Part shown: in pieces, positions 28,715 through 38,372 of the stretch
Numbering within the stretch: the stretch's first letter is position 1
Layout of the letters: every line of letters starts with the position of its first letter
Assembly (NCBI GenBank): GCA_050253415.1
Contig: JBFWJC010000004.1
Span: 160,001-224,000 of the forward strand
Length of the DNA: 64,000 nt
Origin: Pedobacter sp.
Lineage (GTDB): Bacteria > Desulfobacterota > Desulfuromonadia > Desulfuromonadales > Syntrophotaleaceae
Direction: 5' to 3'
Translations under genes and position numbers: made by a program
The notes under the pieces: generated by a model
Told to the model about the DNA's origin: nothing
Database searches by the model: none
What the model saw: the letters and a program-made list of their open reading frames with translations, nothing else

Positions 28715-29680
28715 ATGGCTAGAATTCTTGTGGCTGGCGGAGCCGGCTTTTTAGGAGCAACCCTGACAAGAAGGCTCCTAAAATGTAACAACGAAGTCGT
28801 TTGCCTGGACAACCTGTCAACCGGTCATTACCAAAACATTCAAGACCTTATGACCAATCCCCGGTTCGAATTTATAAAAGCCGACATCCTCGATCCTATA
28901 AACATAGCCTTCGACAAAGTATTCAACCTTGCTTGCCCCGCATCCCCCCCTCAATACCAGCGCCTTGCCTTGCAGACTATTGATGCATGCACAATAGGCG
29001 TGCGCAACCTTCTCGAAGCCACTCGACGCAACAATGCGCGCATGCTGCATGCCTCAACTTCCGAAGTTTACGGCGATCCGGAAATTCATCCGCAGGTTGA
29101 AGGCTACCGGGGCAACGTAGGAACACTGACGGATCGCGCTTGCTACGATGAAGGCAAGCGCTTGTCCGAAACCTTATGTTACGAATATCATAAGCGCGAT
29201 TGTGCGGTACGCATTGCCAGACTGTTCAACACGTATGGCCCTTTCATGGATCCGGATGACGGTCGGGTTGTGTCGAACTTTGTCATCAGCGCCCTGACGG
29301 AACAACCCTTGACGATATATGGCGACGGATCACAAACCCGCTCTTTCTGTTATGTCAGCGATACCGTAGAAGCCTTGCTACGCTTCATGGATTTACCGGG
29401 TGACAATTTACCCGTATATAACCTCGGAAACCCCAGCGAAGTCCAAGTCGTCGATCTCGCGCATACCATCCTGCAGCTGACTGGCAGCAAATCACCGATT
29501 CATTTCCACCCTCTACCCCAAGCCGACCCAAAAAAACGCAAACCCTGTATCAAACGTGCGCGTCAAACCATGGACTGGCTGCCTCAGGTCAGCCTGGAAT
29601 CAGGACTTCAGCAGACGATAGATTATTTTACAAACACTCTGCAGCAGGAAAACACGATCCACCTTGCCGGGATAGCATAA
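28715..29680 (+). CDS. UDP-glucuronate decarboxylase (UDP-xylose synthase)
   Basis: GGAGFLG, LACPASP, STSEVYGDP, CYDEGKR, DDGRVVSNF. Confidence 0.9.
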   Translation: MARILVAGGAGFLGATLTRRLLKCNNEVVCLDNLSTGHYQNIQDLMTNPRFEFIKADILDPINIAFDKVFNLACPASPPQYQRLALQTIDACTIGVRNLLEATRRNNARMLHASTSEVYGDPEIHPQVEGYRGNVGTLTDRACYDEGKRLSETLCYEYHKRDCAVRIARLFNTYGPFMDPDDGRVVSNFVISALTEQPLTIYGDGSQTRSFCYVSDTVEALLRFMDLPGDNLPVYNLGNPSEVQVVDLAHTILQLTGSKSPIHFHPLPQADPKKRKPCIKRARQTMDWLPQVSLESGLQQTIDYFTNTLQQENTIHLAGIA

Positions 29681-29729
29681 ATCCGGTAATTGTGAGACCT
29701 CAGCTATTTATTTAAAAAAGGGGAAGACA

Positions 29730-30668
29730 GTGCTCGCATCAGTCCTCATAAATAACTACAACTACGCCAAGTTTTTGGAAGAGGCCGTCCTCTCTGTGCT
29801 CAACCAAACATATTCCGAAATTGAAATCATTCTTGTTGATGATGGGTCTACGGATAACTCCCGCCAATGTATCGAAAAACTTGCGGCAAACCACCGTTGC
29901 ATTACACCGGTTTTTAAGCCAAACGGTGGTCAGTTGTCGGCATTTAACGCCGGAGTAAACCTGGCTCGTGGCGAGGTTCTATTTTTTCTGGATGCGGACG
30001 ACTTGTATCATAAGGATTACATCGAAAAAGCCATGGCAATCTATAGCCAGCATCCAGCCTGCGATTTCATGTTCTGCGCCTTGGAGCAATGCGGTGCCGC
30101 AACTCAGCAAGTTATCCAGTCTTTCTCAGACAGGGTAACAGACCTGGGATATACCGGACTGATCACCTATACGCGCCAACTCTGGATCGGTGAGCCAACC
30201 TCCACACTGTCCATCAGACGATCGCTGGCCGATCAGTTTTTCCCTATCCCCTTTGAACAAGACTGGCGCATCCGTGCCGACGATTGCCTGATCTGGCTTG
30301 CCTCCCTGTACAATGGTCGTAAATTCTACCTCAAGGAACCGTTAGTCTTCTATCGTATCCACGGCAATAACCAGTTTTTCGGCCGCAAGAAAAACCAGAC
30401 GGAAGAGCACTACCGTGATTTATGCCGCGCCAAGCTGTTTATTCACGCATCAGAGCAGGTAAAACAATACCAATATATCCGAGGCTACCATCTGTATAAG
30501 GCGCTGCTGCAGGAAGCTACCACCGGCACAAAGAACCTGAAACTACTCAAGAAGTATCGTTTTGCTCTAAAAAACAATCAGGAACTTTCCATTTGGTCCC
30601 GATGGAAATATCGCAAGAAAATCGCAAGAATATTAAAAGCCTTCGCAAAATCAAATAAAAGCCAATAA
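29730..30668 (+). CDS. GT2 glycosyltransferase
   Basis: NNYNYA, VDDGSTD, NGGQLSAFN, FLDADD. Confidence 0.88.
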   Translation: MLASVLINNYNYAKFLEEAVLSVLNQTYSEIEIILVDDGSTDNSRQCIEKLAANHRCITPVFKPNGGQLSAFNAGVNLARGEVLFFLDADDLYHKDYIEKAMAIYSQHPACDFMFCALEQCGAATQQVIQSFSDRVTDLGYTGLITYTRQLWIGEPTSTLSIRRSLADQFFPIPFEQDWRIRADDCLIWLASLYNGRKFYLKEPLVFYRIHGNNQFFGRKKNQTEEHYRDLCRAKLFIHASEQVKQYQYIRGYHLYKALLQEATTGTKNLKLLKKYRFALKNNQELSIWSRWKYRKKIARILKAFAKSNKSQ

Positions 30669-30697
30669 AAAAAGGCCGCCCGAAGGGCGGCCTTTTT
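30667..30697. terminator. Bidirectional intrinsic terminator
   Basis: AAAAAAAGGCCGCCC-GAA-GGGCGGCCTTTTT between convergent genes. Confidence 0.9.
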
Positions 30698-30716
30698 AAA
30701 AATATTACTATCAGAA

Positions 30717-31700
30717 TTATGCAACCCTGTCGGCACTTCCGACCACATTACGGTTTTTATGTGTAATCAGGTCGATGAGTTCCTGGCGACCCGCTCCAAG
30801 ATATTTCCGGGGGTCGAACTCCTTGGGGTTGTTAGCCAGATATTCCCGCACTTTGGCGGTCATGGCCAACCGTCCGTCAGAATCAATATTGATTTTACAC
30901 ACCGCGCTGGATGCGGCTCGACGCAACTGCTCTTCGGATACCCCTACCGCCCCCTCCAGGTTTCCACCGTAACGGTTGATCAGTTCGATATAGGCCGGCA
31001 CCACGCTTGATGAGCCGTGCAGCACAATAGGAAAGCCGGGGATACGCTCCTCTACCTCGGAGAGAATATCGAAACGTAACGGCGGGGGTTCCTCTCCCGG
31101 TTTAACCTTGAATTTGTAAGCCCCATGGCTGGTCCCTATGGAAATAGCCAGAGAATCAACGCCCGTCTTACGGACAAAATCCTCAACCTCCTCAGGCTTG
31201 GTGTAGGTCGAATGTTCGGCGACAACCTCATCTTCGATACCGGCCAGCACACCCAATTCTCCCTCAACGGTAACATCGTGAGCATGGGCATATTCAACCA
31301 CCTTGCGTGTCAGAGCGACATTATCATCGTAAGAGAGGTGAGACCCGTCGATCATAACCGATGAAAATCCGGACTCGATACAGGACTGACACAACTCGAA
31401 AGAGTCGCCGTGGTCCAGATGTAAAGCGATAGGGATACTGGACCCCATTTCACGCGCCATACGTACTGCCCCCATCGCCATATAGCGCAGCATGGTCGCA
31501 TTGGCGTACTTACGAGCCCCGTTACTTACTTGAATAATGACAGGCGAGGCGGTCGCCGCACAGGCCTGAATAATAGCCTGCAACTGTTCAAGATTATTAA
31601 AATTGTAAGCAGGAACAGCATAACCTCCTGCCATTGCCTTACGGAACATATCGCGCGTATTAACCAACCCCAAGTCTTTATAATGGGTTACTTCCGCCAT
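30717..31700 (-). CDS. fba: Class II fructose-bisphosphate aldolase
   Basis: ALHLDHG, SVMIDGS, VEGELG, GTSHGAYK, VLHGSS, DPRKYL. Confidence 0.95.
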   Translation of the reverse strand: MAEVTHYKDLGLVNTRDMFRKAMAGGYAVPAYNFNNLEQLQAIIQACAATASPVIIQVSNGARKYANATMLRYMAMGAVRMAREMGSSIPIALHLDHGDSFELCQSCIESGFSSVMIDGSHLSYDDNVALTRKVVEYAHAHDVTVEGELGVLAGIEDEVVAEHSTYTKPEEVEDFVRKTGVDSLAISIGTSHGAYKFKVKPGEEPPPLRFDILSEVEERIPGFPIVLHGSSSVVPAYIELINRYGGNLEGAVGVSEEQLRRAASSAVCKINIDSDGRLAMTAKVREYLANNPKEFDPRKYLGAGRQELIDLITHKNRNVVGSADRVA

Positions 31701-32109
31701 AACCTGCAACCTCCTTGTCGGTGTTGTGAATCAAAATGCTTCCCGGTCGGGTGGTTAGCGCCCCCCATTATTGCAGCATCCAGATTGAGTAAAAACTACC
31801 AGAAATTACCAACAAATGATTGAAAAGGCAAGACACTTGGTTTAGAATAAGAGGGTTTTAAACAGCCCTCAAAGAGTTCTTATGCTGGGCTGAATACCAA
31901 GCGGTGCAAATGTCGTGCACGCACGTTCTGCGCCCCTTGCCTCCCGGATAATCCTAGCGCTTATTAATAACAGATATGAGTGCGAAGTCCAGCCAAAAGT
32001 CGCCCCAAAGGCTTAAAAGCATTGAAACAGTGTGTCCATTTTTATAAGATGGACGCCGTTTTTTTTAACCGCCGGTTCGATATCAATCGAGCCTTAGAAG
32101 GGAGCAGAT

Positions 32110-33555
32110 ATGAGCATGCAAAAGCAGGAAAAGTACCTGAATGACTGGATCAGACAAGATGAAGCAGCCGAAGCCATGCTTCCCCTCATCGGTCATATGT
32201 ACCGTGACCGCGGGGTCAACATCAATGTCTACGGCCAGTCTCTGGTCAATAAATCTCTTATCGACCTTATGAAGGCACATCGTTTTGCCGAGCAGGTACT
32301 CGGGAGCGAACTGTCTGTCGTCGATACCTACCCCATCCTGCAGGCCATGAACAAGCTCGACTTGTCCCCTTCCCGAGTCGACATCGGTAAACTTACCGTT
32401 CAATATCGGGATCAGGAAGGCAAACAATCTCTGGACGAGTTTATCTCCGCCAAACTGGCATCTGTCAACAAGGGCCGAGGCTCGTTGCTGAGCGAACCCC
32501 GAGATGTCGTCCTCTACGGATTCGGACGCATCGGCCGTTTGCTGGCCCGGGTGCTGGTTGAAAAAACCGGCGGCGGCGACAAGCTGCGCCTGCGTGCTAT
32601 CGTGGTCCGTAAAGGCACCGATGACGATTTAATGAAACGCGCCAGCCTGCTGGAACGCGACTCGGTACACGGCCCCTTCAATGGCGTTCTCAGCTTTGAC
32701 GAAGAAGAAAATGCCATTATTGCCAACGGCAATATGATTCGGGTTATTTATGCTAACTCGCCGGACAGCATCGACTACACTGCCTACGGCATCAATGACG
32801 CCATCGTCATCGACAACACCGGCCTGTGGCGTGATCGCGAAGGGCTTGGTCAGCACCTTAAATCCAAGGGCGTTTCCAAGGTTCTGCTTACCGCCCCGGG
32901 TAAAGGCGACATCCCCAATATTGTTTTCGGTATCAACAACCAGTTGGCCACTCAAGATGAGAACATCTTTTCCGCAGCAAGCTGCACCACCAACGCGGTA
33001 GTGCCGGTCCTCAAGGCTATCAACGACAAATACGGTATCGTCAACGGCCATCTCGAGACCTGCCATTCCTACACCAACGACCAGAACCTCATCGACAACT
33101 ACCATAAAAAAGGTCGCCGCGGCCGTGCAGCGGCCCTGAACATGGTCATCACCGAAACCGGAGCAGCCAAAGCCTCGGCCAAAGCGTTACCGGAACTTGC
33201 CGGCAAATTGACGGGCAACGCTATTCGGGTGCCGGTAGCCAACGTCTCTCTGGCTGTTCTCAACCTGTCCCTCGGTAAAGAGACGACTGTTGATGAGCTG
33301 AACAACTACCTGCGTGATATTGCCCTGCATTCCTCGCTGCAAAACCAGGTCGCATTTGTGAACTCGCCGGAGCTGGTATCCAGCGACTTCATCGGCTCCC
33401 GTCACGCCGGCGTGGTTGACTCATTGGCAACTATCGTTAATGGCGACCGTTGCGTCCTGTATGTATGGTACGACAACGAGTTTGGTTACACCTGCCAGGT
33501 TGTTCGCCTGTTGCAGAAAATAGCCGGCATCGAACTGCCGGTCATGCCTGAATAA
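32110..33555 (+). CDS. gap: Glyceraldehyde-3-phosphate dehydrogenase, long form with N-terminal extension
   Basis: YGFGRIGR, ASCTTN, WYDNEFGY. Confidence 0.93.
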   Translation: MSMQKQEKYLNDWIRQDEAAEAMLPLIGHMYRDRGVNINVYGQSLVNKSLIDLMKAHRFAEQVLGSELSVVDTYPILQAMNKLDLSPSRVDIGKLTVQYRDQEGKQSLDEFISAKLASVNKGRGSLLSEPRDVVLYGFGRIGRLLARVLVEKTGGGDKLRLRAIVVRKGTDDDLMKRASLLERDSVHGPFNGVLSFDEEENAIIANGNMIRVIYANSPDSIDYTAYGINDAIVIDNTGLWRDREGLGQHLKSKGVSKVLLTAPGKGDIPNIVFGINNQLATQDENIFSAASCTTNAVVPVLKAINDKYGIVNGHLETCHSYTNDQNLIDNYHKKGRRGRAAALNMVITETGAAKASAKALPELAGKLTGNAIRVPVANVSLAVLNLSLGKETTVDELNNYLRDIALHSSLQNQVAFVNSPELVSSDFIGSRHAGVVDSLATIVNGDRCVLYVWYDNEFGYTCQVVRLLQKIAGIELPVMPE

Positions 33556-33576
33556 ATTACTTATTTTTGCACCATG

Positions 33577-33617
33577 AAGCCGAAGCGGGACACCAAACAA
33601 ACGCTTCGGCTTTTTTT
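33577..33617 (+). terminator. gap terminator
   Basis: AAGCCGAAGCG...CGCTTCGGCTTTTTTT. Confidence 0.8.
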
Positions 33618-33645
33618 ATATGAAGAGACTCACCGCACCAAAAAT

Positions 33646-33679
33646 AAAAAGGGCCGATCCATGAGGATCGGCCCTTTTT
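33646..33679 (-). terminator. rpsU terminator (bidirectional form)
   Basis: AAAAAGGGCCGATCC-ATGA-GGATCGGCCCTTTTT. Confidence 0.85.
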
Positions 33680-33706
33680 ATCTTATAAACACATATCGGC
33701 GAGGCA

Positions 33707-33901
33707 TCAGGCTTTTTTGACCATGCGCAATTTCTTGCGCAGACGGCGCTGTGCTTCCTTTTCCTTGCGCTTACGCTTGACACTAGGCTTTTCGTAAAAT
33801 TTACGCTGTTTCATTTCACGAAACAAACCCTCCTGCTGCAGCTTGCGCTTGAGCACACGGATAGCCTTTTCGACGTTGTTGTCGATGACTTGAATTTCCA
33901 C
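33707..33901 (-). CDS. rpsU: 30S ribosomal protein S21
   Basis: NVEKAIRVLKRK, FYEKPSVKRKRK. Confidence 0.97.
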   Translation of the reverse strand: MEIQVIDNNVEKAIRVLKRKLQQEGLFREMKQRKFYEKPSVKRKRKEKEAQRRLRKKLRMVKKA

Positions 33902-34138
33902 GAAACCTTCACCTCACTTTCCCTCTATCTTGTTGTGCCGCCCAGCGCAGCCAGACGACACGAACGGGGATTATATTGTCTACGCCGTTACAATGCAAGA
34001 AAAATTTAGTCTGCAATCCAGGTGCTACCTCCACATACCGGGTAATTCTAAACAGAATTATCAACCATGCAAGGACCCCGGACTTTTTATTGTCATGGCA
34101 ATCGACGACTGTGGCATAAGGCAACTGTAATCTGGGGG

Positions 34139-35254
34139 CTACAGGCGGGCCACATGCAGACCTACTTCCAAACCACCGTTGCTAAGCAGATCCACACAAT
34201 CGAAGCCTTCCCCAAGCGCTTTGGACAGGGGGCCGACAGGACATAATACCGCCCCTTGCCAGCCGCGATAAATGGACCGATAGACATCCCCAATCTGACG
34301 ATAAAGCCCGGTCAGGGTCTCATCACGTCCAAGCCGGCCACCATAAGGAGGATTACACAAAACCAGCCCTGCCTGTGTTGGCACATCTCCCTTGCCAAGT
34401 TCCGCGGACTCAAACAAGGTTACAGCATCCACCCCGGCCCTGGTTGCATTACAACGCGCAGCCTCAACCACAACAGAATCCCGATCCCGGCCAATCAATG
34501 GGATACCAACAGGCTGTTCAGCAACGCGTGCCTGGGTTTGCAGCACCTGCCAGAGACCGGGTCTGTAACGTGGCCATTGCATAAAGGCAAACTCACGCGC
34601 CAGACCGGGTGCTCGTCGCATCCCCATAAGAGCCCCTTCGACGATAAACGTACCGGACCCGCACATAGGGTCAAGCAAAGGAGTCGAAACGTCCCAATTC
34701 AGCATCATCAAGATTCCGGCCGCCAACGTCTCACGCATGGGAGCCAAACCGATCTTTTGGCGATAGCCACGCCGATGCAACAAATCTCCGCTACTATCCA
34801 CGGAAATCTGACATTGGTTATCCTCGAAACGGACCATTACCTGTTGAACAGGACCGTTCGGTGCTTCAATTGCAGCACCAACGACCCGGCAGGCCGACTC
34901 CAGCACAGTCTCGGCAATACGCCCGGTATGCATCAACCGGGAACCACGACTGGTAGCCTTCACCTGCATCCGGGTTCCCGGCTTTATAAATCGCCCCCAC
35001 GGCAGACGCAATGTCTTGCGATAAAGGTCCGGAAAATCCTTACATCCAAACGTCCCAAGCCTGACAAGCACACGGGTTGCACTACGCAACCATAAGTTGG
35101 CCCGGTACAATTCCTCCAGCCCCCCCTGAAAGGAAACCCCTCCCTTACAAAGGACAACATCCTTGATGCCCAACGTTGTCAACTCCCGCATACATACCGA
35201 CTCCAGACCAAGGGCCGTTACTGCAAACAGGTCAAAATTCTGTTTTTTCATCAT
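34139..35254 (-). CDS. THUMP-domain RNA methyltransferase (RlmL-like)
   Basis: LHRRGYR, APMRETLAA, DPMCGSGT, CNPPYG. Confidence 0.88.
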   Translation of the reverse strand: MMKKQNFDLFAVTALGLESVCMRELTTLGIKDVVLCKGGVSFQGGLEELYRANLWLRSATRVLVRLGTFGCKDFPDLYRKTLRLPWGRFIKPGTRMQVKATSRGSRLMHTGRIAETVLESACRVVGAAIEAPNGPVQQVMVRFEDNQCQISVDSSGDLLHRRGYRQKIGLAPMRETLAAGILMMLNWDVSTPLLDPMCGSGTFIVEGALMGMRRAPGLAREFAFMQWPRYRPGLWQVLQTQARVAEQPVGIPLIGRDRDSVVVEAARCNATRAGVDAVTLFESAELGKGDVPTQAGLVLCNPPYGGRLGRDETLTGLYRQIGDVYRSIYRGWQGAVLCPVGPLSKALGEGFDCVDLLSNGGLEVGLHVARL

Positions 35255-35429
35255 ACGCTCCCGGCAAAACTTGTCATGCCATTCCCCTGTGTCCGCTTGG
35301 CCGATACGGCGCCATAGTCCTGCATCCCCACCGTGGTATTACATTCTTAAGAATCAAAAGTTCATGACATATTCTGTTATTATGTACAAGAGTTCCTTTT
35401 ATCAACGCCCACGCGGAGGATCCACCGGC

Positions 35430-36338
35430 ATGGAATTCAACAACCTTGAAATCGACTGGGAATACCTGCTTGAGCGCGTAGAGCGCTTTCTCGATCTCGG
35501 GGAAGAATATTTGACGCGCAAACTGATCGACTACCAACCTGAACCGCAATTGTTTCAGCAACATCTCGCCTTTCGTTGGATAAAAAGCTACCATACCGGA
35601 TTTTTTGAAGACGTAGCGTTTCCCGATCTACAGGATCATGCCAGCCTTATCGGCATGGATGACGTTCTTGATCGTTTAAGCGAAAACACGGCACAATTCG
35701 TCCATGGTCTGCCATGCAACAATATCTTGCTCCATGGCGAACCCGGTAACGGTAAAAGATCTGCGATCAAAGGACTTTTAAAAAAGTTTGGCGACAAGGG
35801 CGTGCGGTTGCTTCAAATTAACTCGGAGGATCTTCACCAACTACCGCTAATCACTGCATGCCTGCGAAACCTGCCCTTCTATTTCATTCTGCTATGCAGT
35901 GATATTTTCCATTCGATGACCAAAGAAAGCTTTAAGGACCTGGCAAACTTGCTACAGGGTGACATCGAAACCCGCGCCGAGAACATTTTACTCTATGCCA
36001 CAAGTAACCGCATGCGCCCTTCCTCTGCATGCGCCAACAACAGCATATCTTCAAACGCGGTAAGCTGGAAAAACAAAACAGACGAACAATCTATTGCAGA
36101 AGCAGGGTTTGGCATCAGCATCAATCTGGCTCCCATGCAGCAAGCCACCTATCTTGCCATCTGTCGGCATCTTGTACAACAACACGCATTGTCTCTAGCG
36201 GAAGAAACCTGGCAAGCTTCAGCATTGGCATGGGCCGAACAACGCAAAGGTTACAGCGGACTCACGGCCCGACAATTCACCGATGACCTGGCCGGTAAAA
36301 TCCTCTTAAACCAAAGACTCACAAAAAAGGCTCCATAA
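35430..36338 (+). CDS. DUF815-family AAA+ ATPase-like protein
   Basis: NTAQFVHGLPCNNILLHG, LYATSNR, SG.TARQF; Walker motifs are degenerate. Confidence 0.75.
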   Translation: MEFNNLEIDWEYLLERVERFLDLGEEYLTRKLIDYQPEPQLFQQHLAFRWIKSYHTGFFEDVAFPDLQDHASLIGMDDVLDRLSENTAQFVHGLPCNNILLHGEPGNGKRSAIKGLLKKFGDKGVRLLQINSEDLHQLPLITACLRNLPFYFILLCSDIFHSMTKESFKDLANLLQGDIETRAENILLYATSNRMRPSSACANNSISSNAVSWKNKTDEQSIAEAGFGISINLAPMQQATYLAICRHLVQQHALSLAEETWQASALAWAEQRKGYSGLTARQFTDDLAGKILLNQRLTKKAP

Positions 36339-36532
36339 GTCCAACACTGTCCACAATCACACCTTTTGGTTCAGTTGTTTAGACCTTACGTTTACGCCAC
36401 GATACACGGAGCGACCTTCCCCCCTTCACACTGAACATTGGCCACCTCGCCAATATCCACCTCGCTCGCCCTCCCTTTCGATGGCATCAAAAATGCAAAA
36501 AAGTCCATCATCTCTACATAACCACACACTCA

Positions 36533-37270
36533 ATGGACTCAACAACCATGTTCAAAAAACACTTTAAACCCGGACAAAAAGTACTTATTCATTTAACCAA
36601 TCCGGAAGATGGCGATGATCGTCTGGAAAATATTTCCGCGTCATGCCAGGCCGTGGAGAATGGGATACTGACCCTGAATCTCCCCTATGAAATAGACGCT
36701 TCGACTTTTTCCGAAACCTCCAAAATGGCCATCATCTCAGAGAGCCTGGGTTTAGGATTAAAGGCTCAAACCTATTTTCACTGTCAGCAAGACAAGACCT
36801 CTATCCAACTGCGCTTTGACGGAGACCTCCGTTTCTTTCAAAGACGGCCCACGACACGTTTAAATCTCCCCATCGGCATCCGCTATACCCGCATAAACGG
36901 CAGCCTGGAACTTGTTCGTCAACAATGGCAACAACATATCCACAAACTTGCCAACACCCCTCTAGAAGTCCTTCCCCAGTTGCCCAGCGGAATAGTCAAT
37001 CTTAGCAGCGGTGGAATTCGTCTCGGATTCCGCAATGCGATTGACAAAGCACAATTATGTATGTTGCTCCTGCAGGTTGAACCAGAAACACCACCGATAT
37101 GCACCATGGCTGAAGTTGTTTGGACTCATTCAAAAAGCCAAGATTCATCCTGCACGGCAGGTTTGCAATTCATGGCCATCATGGCTGAAGATCAAAAGCG
37201 GCTTGAAAAATTTATTCGCACCTGCCGGTTAGACATGCAAGACAAAAAGAACCGCTCCCAAACACAGTGA
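36533..37270 (+). CDS. PilZ-domain protein
   Basis: QRRPTTR (RxxxR) and NLSSGG motifs; AEVVW, AGLQF. Confidence 0.78.
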   Translation: MDSTTMFKKHFKPGQKVLIHLTNPEDGDDRLENISASCQAVENGILTLNLPYEIDASTFSETSKMAIISESLGLGLKAQTYFHCQQDKTSIQLRFDGDLRFFQRRPTTRLNLPIGIRYTRINGSLELVRQQWQQHIHKLANTPLEVLPQLPSGIVNLSSGGIRLGFRNAIDKAQLCMLLLQVEPETPPICTMAEVVWTHSKSQDSSCTAGLQFMAIMAEDQKRLEKFIRTCRLDMQDKKNRSQTQ

Positions 37271-37421
37271 AATGGCCAAAGTACATTGGCCATTTCACTG
37301 ACGCTTGAATGTTCCACTCCTGTTAGGATTAAACTAAAGACCTGTTAACATCCGCAGGAATTTCGAATATTTAGCCTTACCACCAGACATACCGGTAATT
37401 TGTCTCATCAAAAACAAACGG

Positions 37422-37499
37422 TAAGTATTTGATTCACAAAGCTTTTCCCAACTCATCCACAGATCCGTGGAAAACCCTGTGGGGAACACCTGTGTACAC
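37422..37499. promoter_or_regulatory. IHF site plus cluster of DnaA-box-like 9-mers
   Basis: AATCAAATACTTA (minus strand) matches WATCAAN4TTR; TGATTCACA, TCATCCACA, CGTGGAAAA, TGTGGGGAA, TGTGTACAC. Confidence 0.55.
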
Positions 37500-37682
37500 C
37501 CTCCAAACCCCCGCCCCCATGCGCTTTCGTGGCATTTTGCATATTTTTTAAGCACAACGAAGGGCAGATGTCGATCGGGCACAGGCGTATCATGAGGGAA
37601 AGAAACCAACAGGCCTAACGTGGCCTGAAAGCTTCTCATTCCTTGGCCGCCCCATGACACGGACAGCTTAAAAACAAACAAC

Positions 37683-38372
37683 TCAAACAGGGAAAGTGCC
37701 CTTGGGAGGCAACGTTGAGGGACGAACACCCGCGGCTTCAAGGAGTTGAAAAAACTCTGTGCGGGCTACTTCCCTGGCTCCCATAGAGAAGATATGGCTG
37801 GAAGACTGTTGACAGTCGATCAGTTGATAACCCAGCACAGTCAAACGGCTCACAAGTGTTGCGAAAGCTACCTTGGACGCATTAGACATGTGATGAAACA
37901 TCGATTCACCAAAAAAACAGCTCCCCAGACTGATGCCATACAATCCCCCAACCAGGCAGCCTTCACACCAGCATTCCACCGAGTGCGCATAGCCCAGGTG
38001 ATGCAAAAGTTCATAAGCCGCAAGCATATCCGCGGTAATCCAGGTACCGGGACCGTCTTTACGTGGGGTCTGGGCGCAGGCCCGGATAACATCGCTAAAG
38101 GCTTGATCAAAAGTAATGCGAAAACGTCCGCGCCGCAGCTCCTTGGCCAGACTGCGACTTATGCGTAATTCCGAAGGTTTAAGAATGCAGCGAGGGTCGG
38201 GGGTCCACCAGAGAATCGGTTCTTCCTCACTGAACCAGGGGAAAATCCCCATGGAATAGGCGAGCAACAAACGACGGGGAGAGAGATCTCCTCCCACGGC
38301 GAGGAGACCTCCCTCCTCAGCATGGTCCTGAGGAGGGAAGATCAAATCATCGATCAGTTGGTAGATGGGCAC
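37683..38372 (-). CDS. aat: Leucyl/phenylalanyl-tRNA-protein transferase
   Basis: GLLAVGGDL, GIFPWF, WWTPDPR, AHSVE, FFGESMF; downstream of clpSA. Confidence 0.95.
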   Translation of the reverse strand: MPIYQLIDDLIFPPQDHAEEGGLLAVGGDLSPRRLLLAYSMGIFPWFSEEEPILWWTPDPRCILKPSELRISRSLAKELRRGRFRITFDQAFSDVIRACAQTPRKDGPGTWITADMLAAYELLHHLGYAHSVECWCEGCLVGGLYGISLGSCFFGESMFHHMSNASKVAFATLVSRLTVLGYQLIDCQQSSSHIFSMGAREVARTEFFQLLEAAGVRPSTLPPKGTFPV

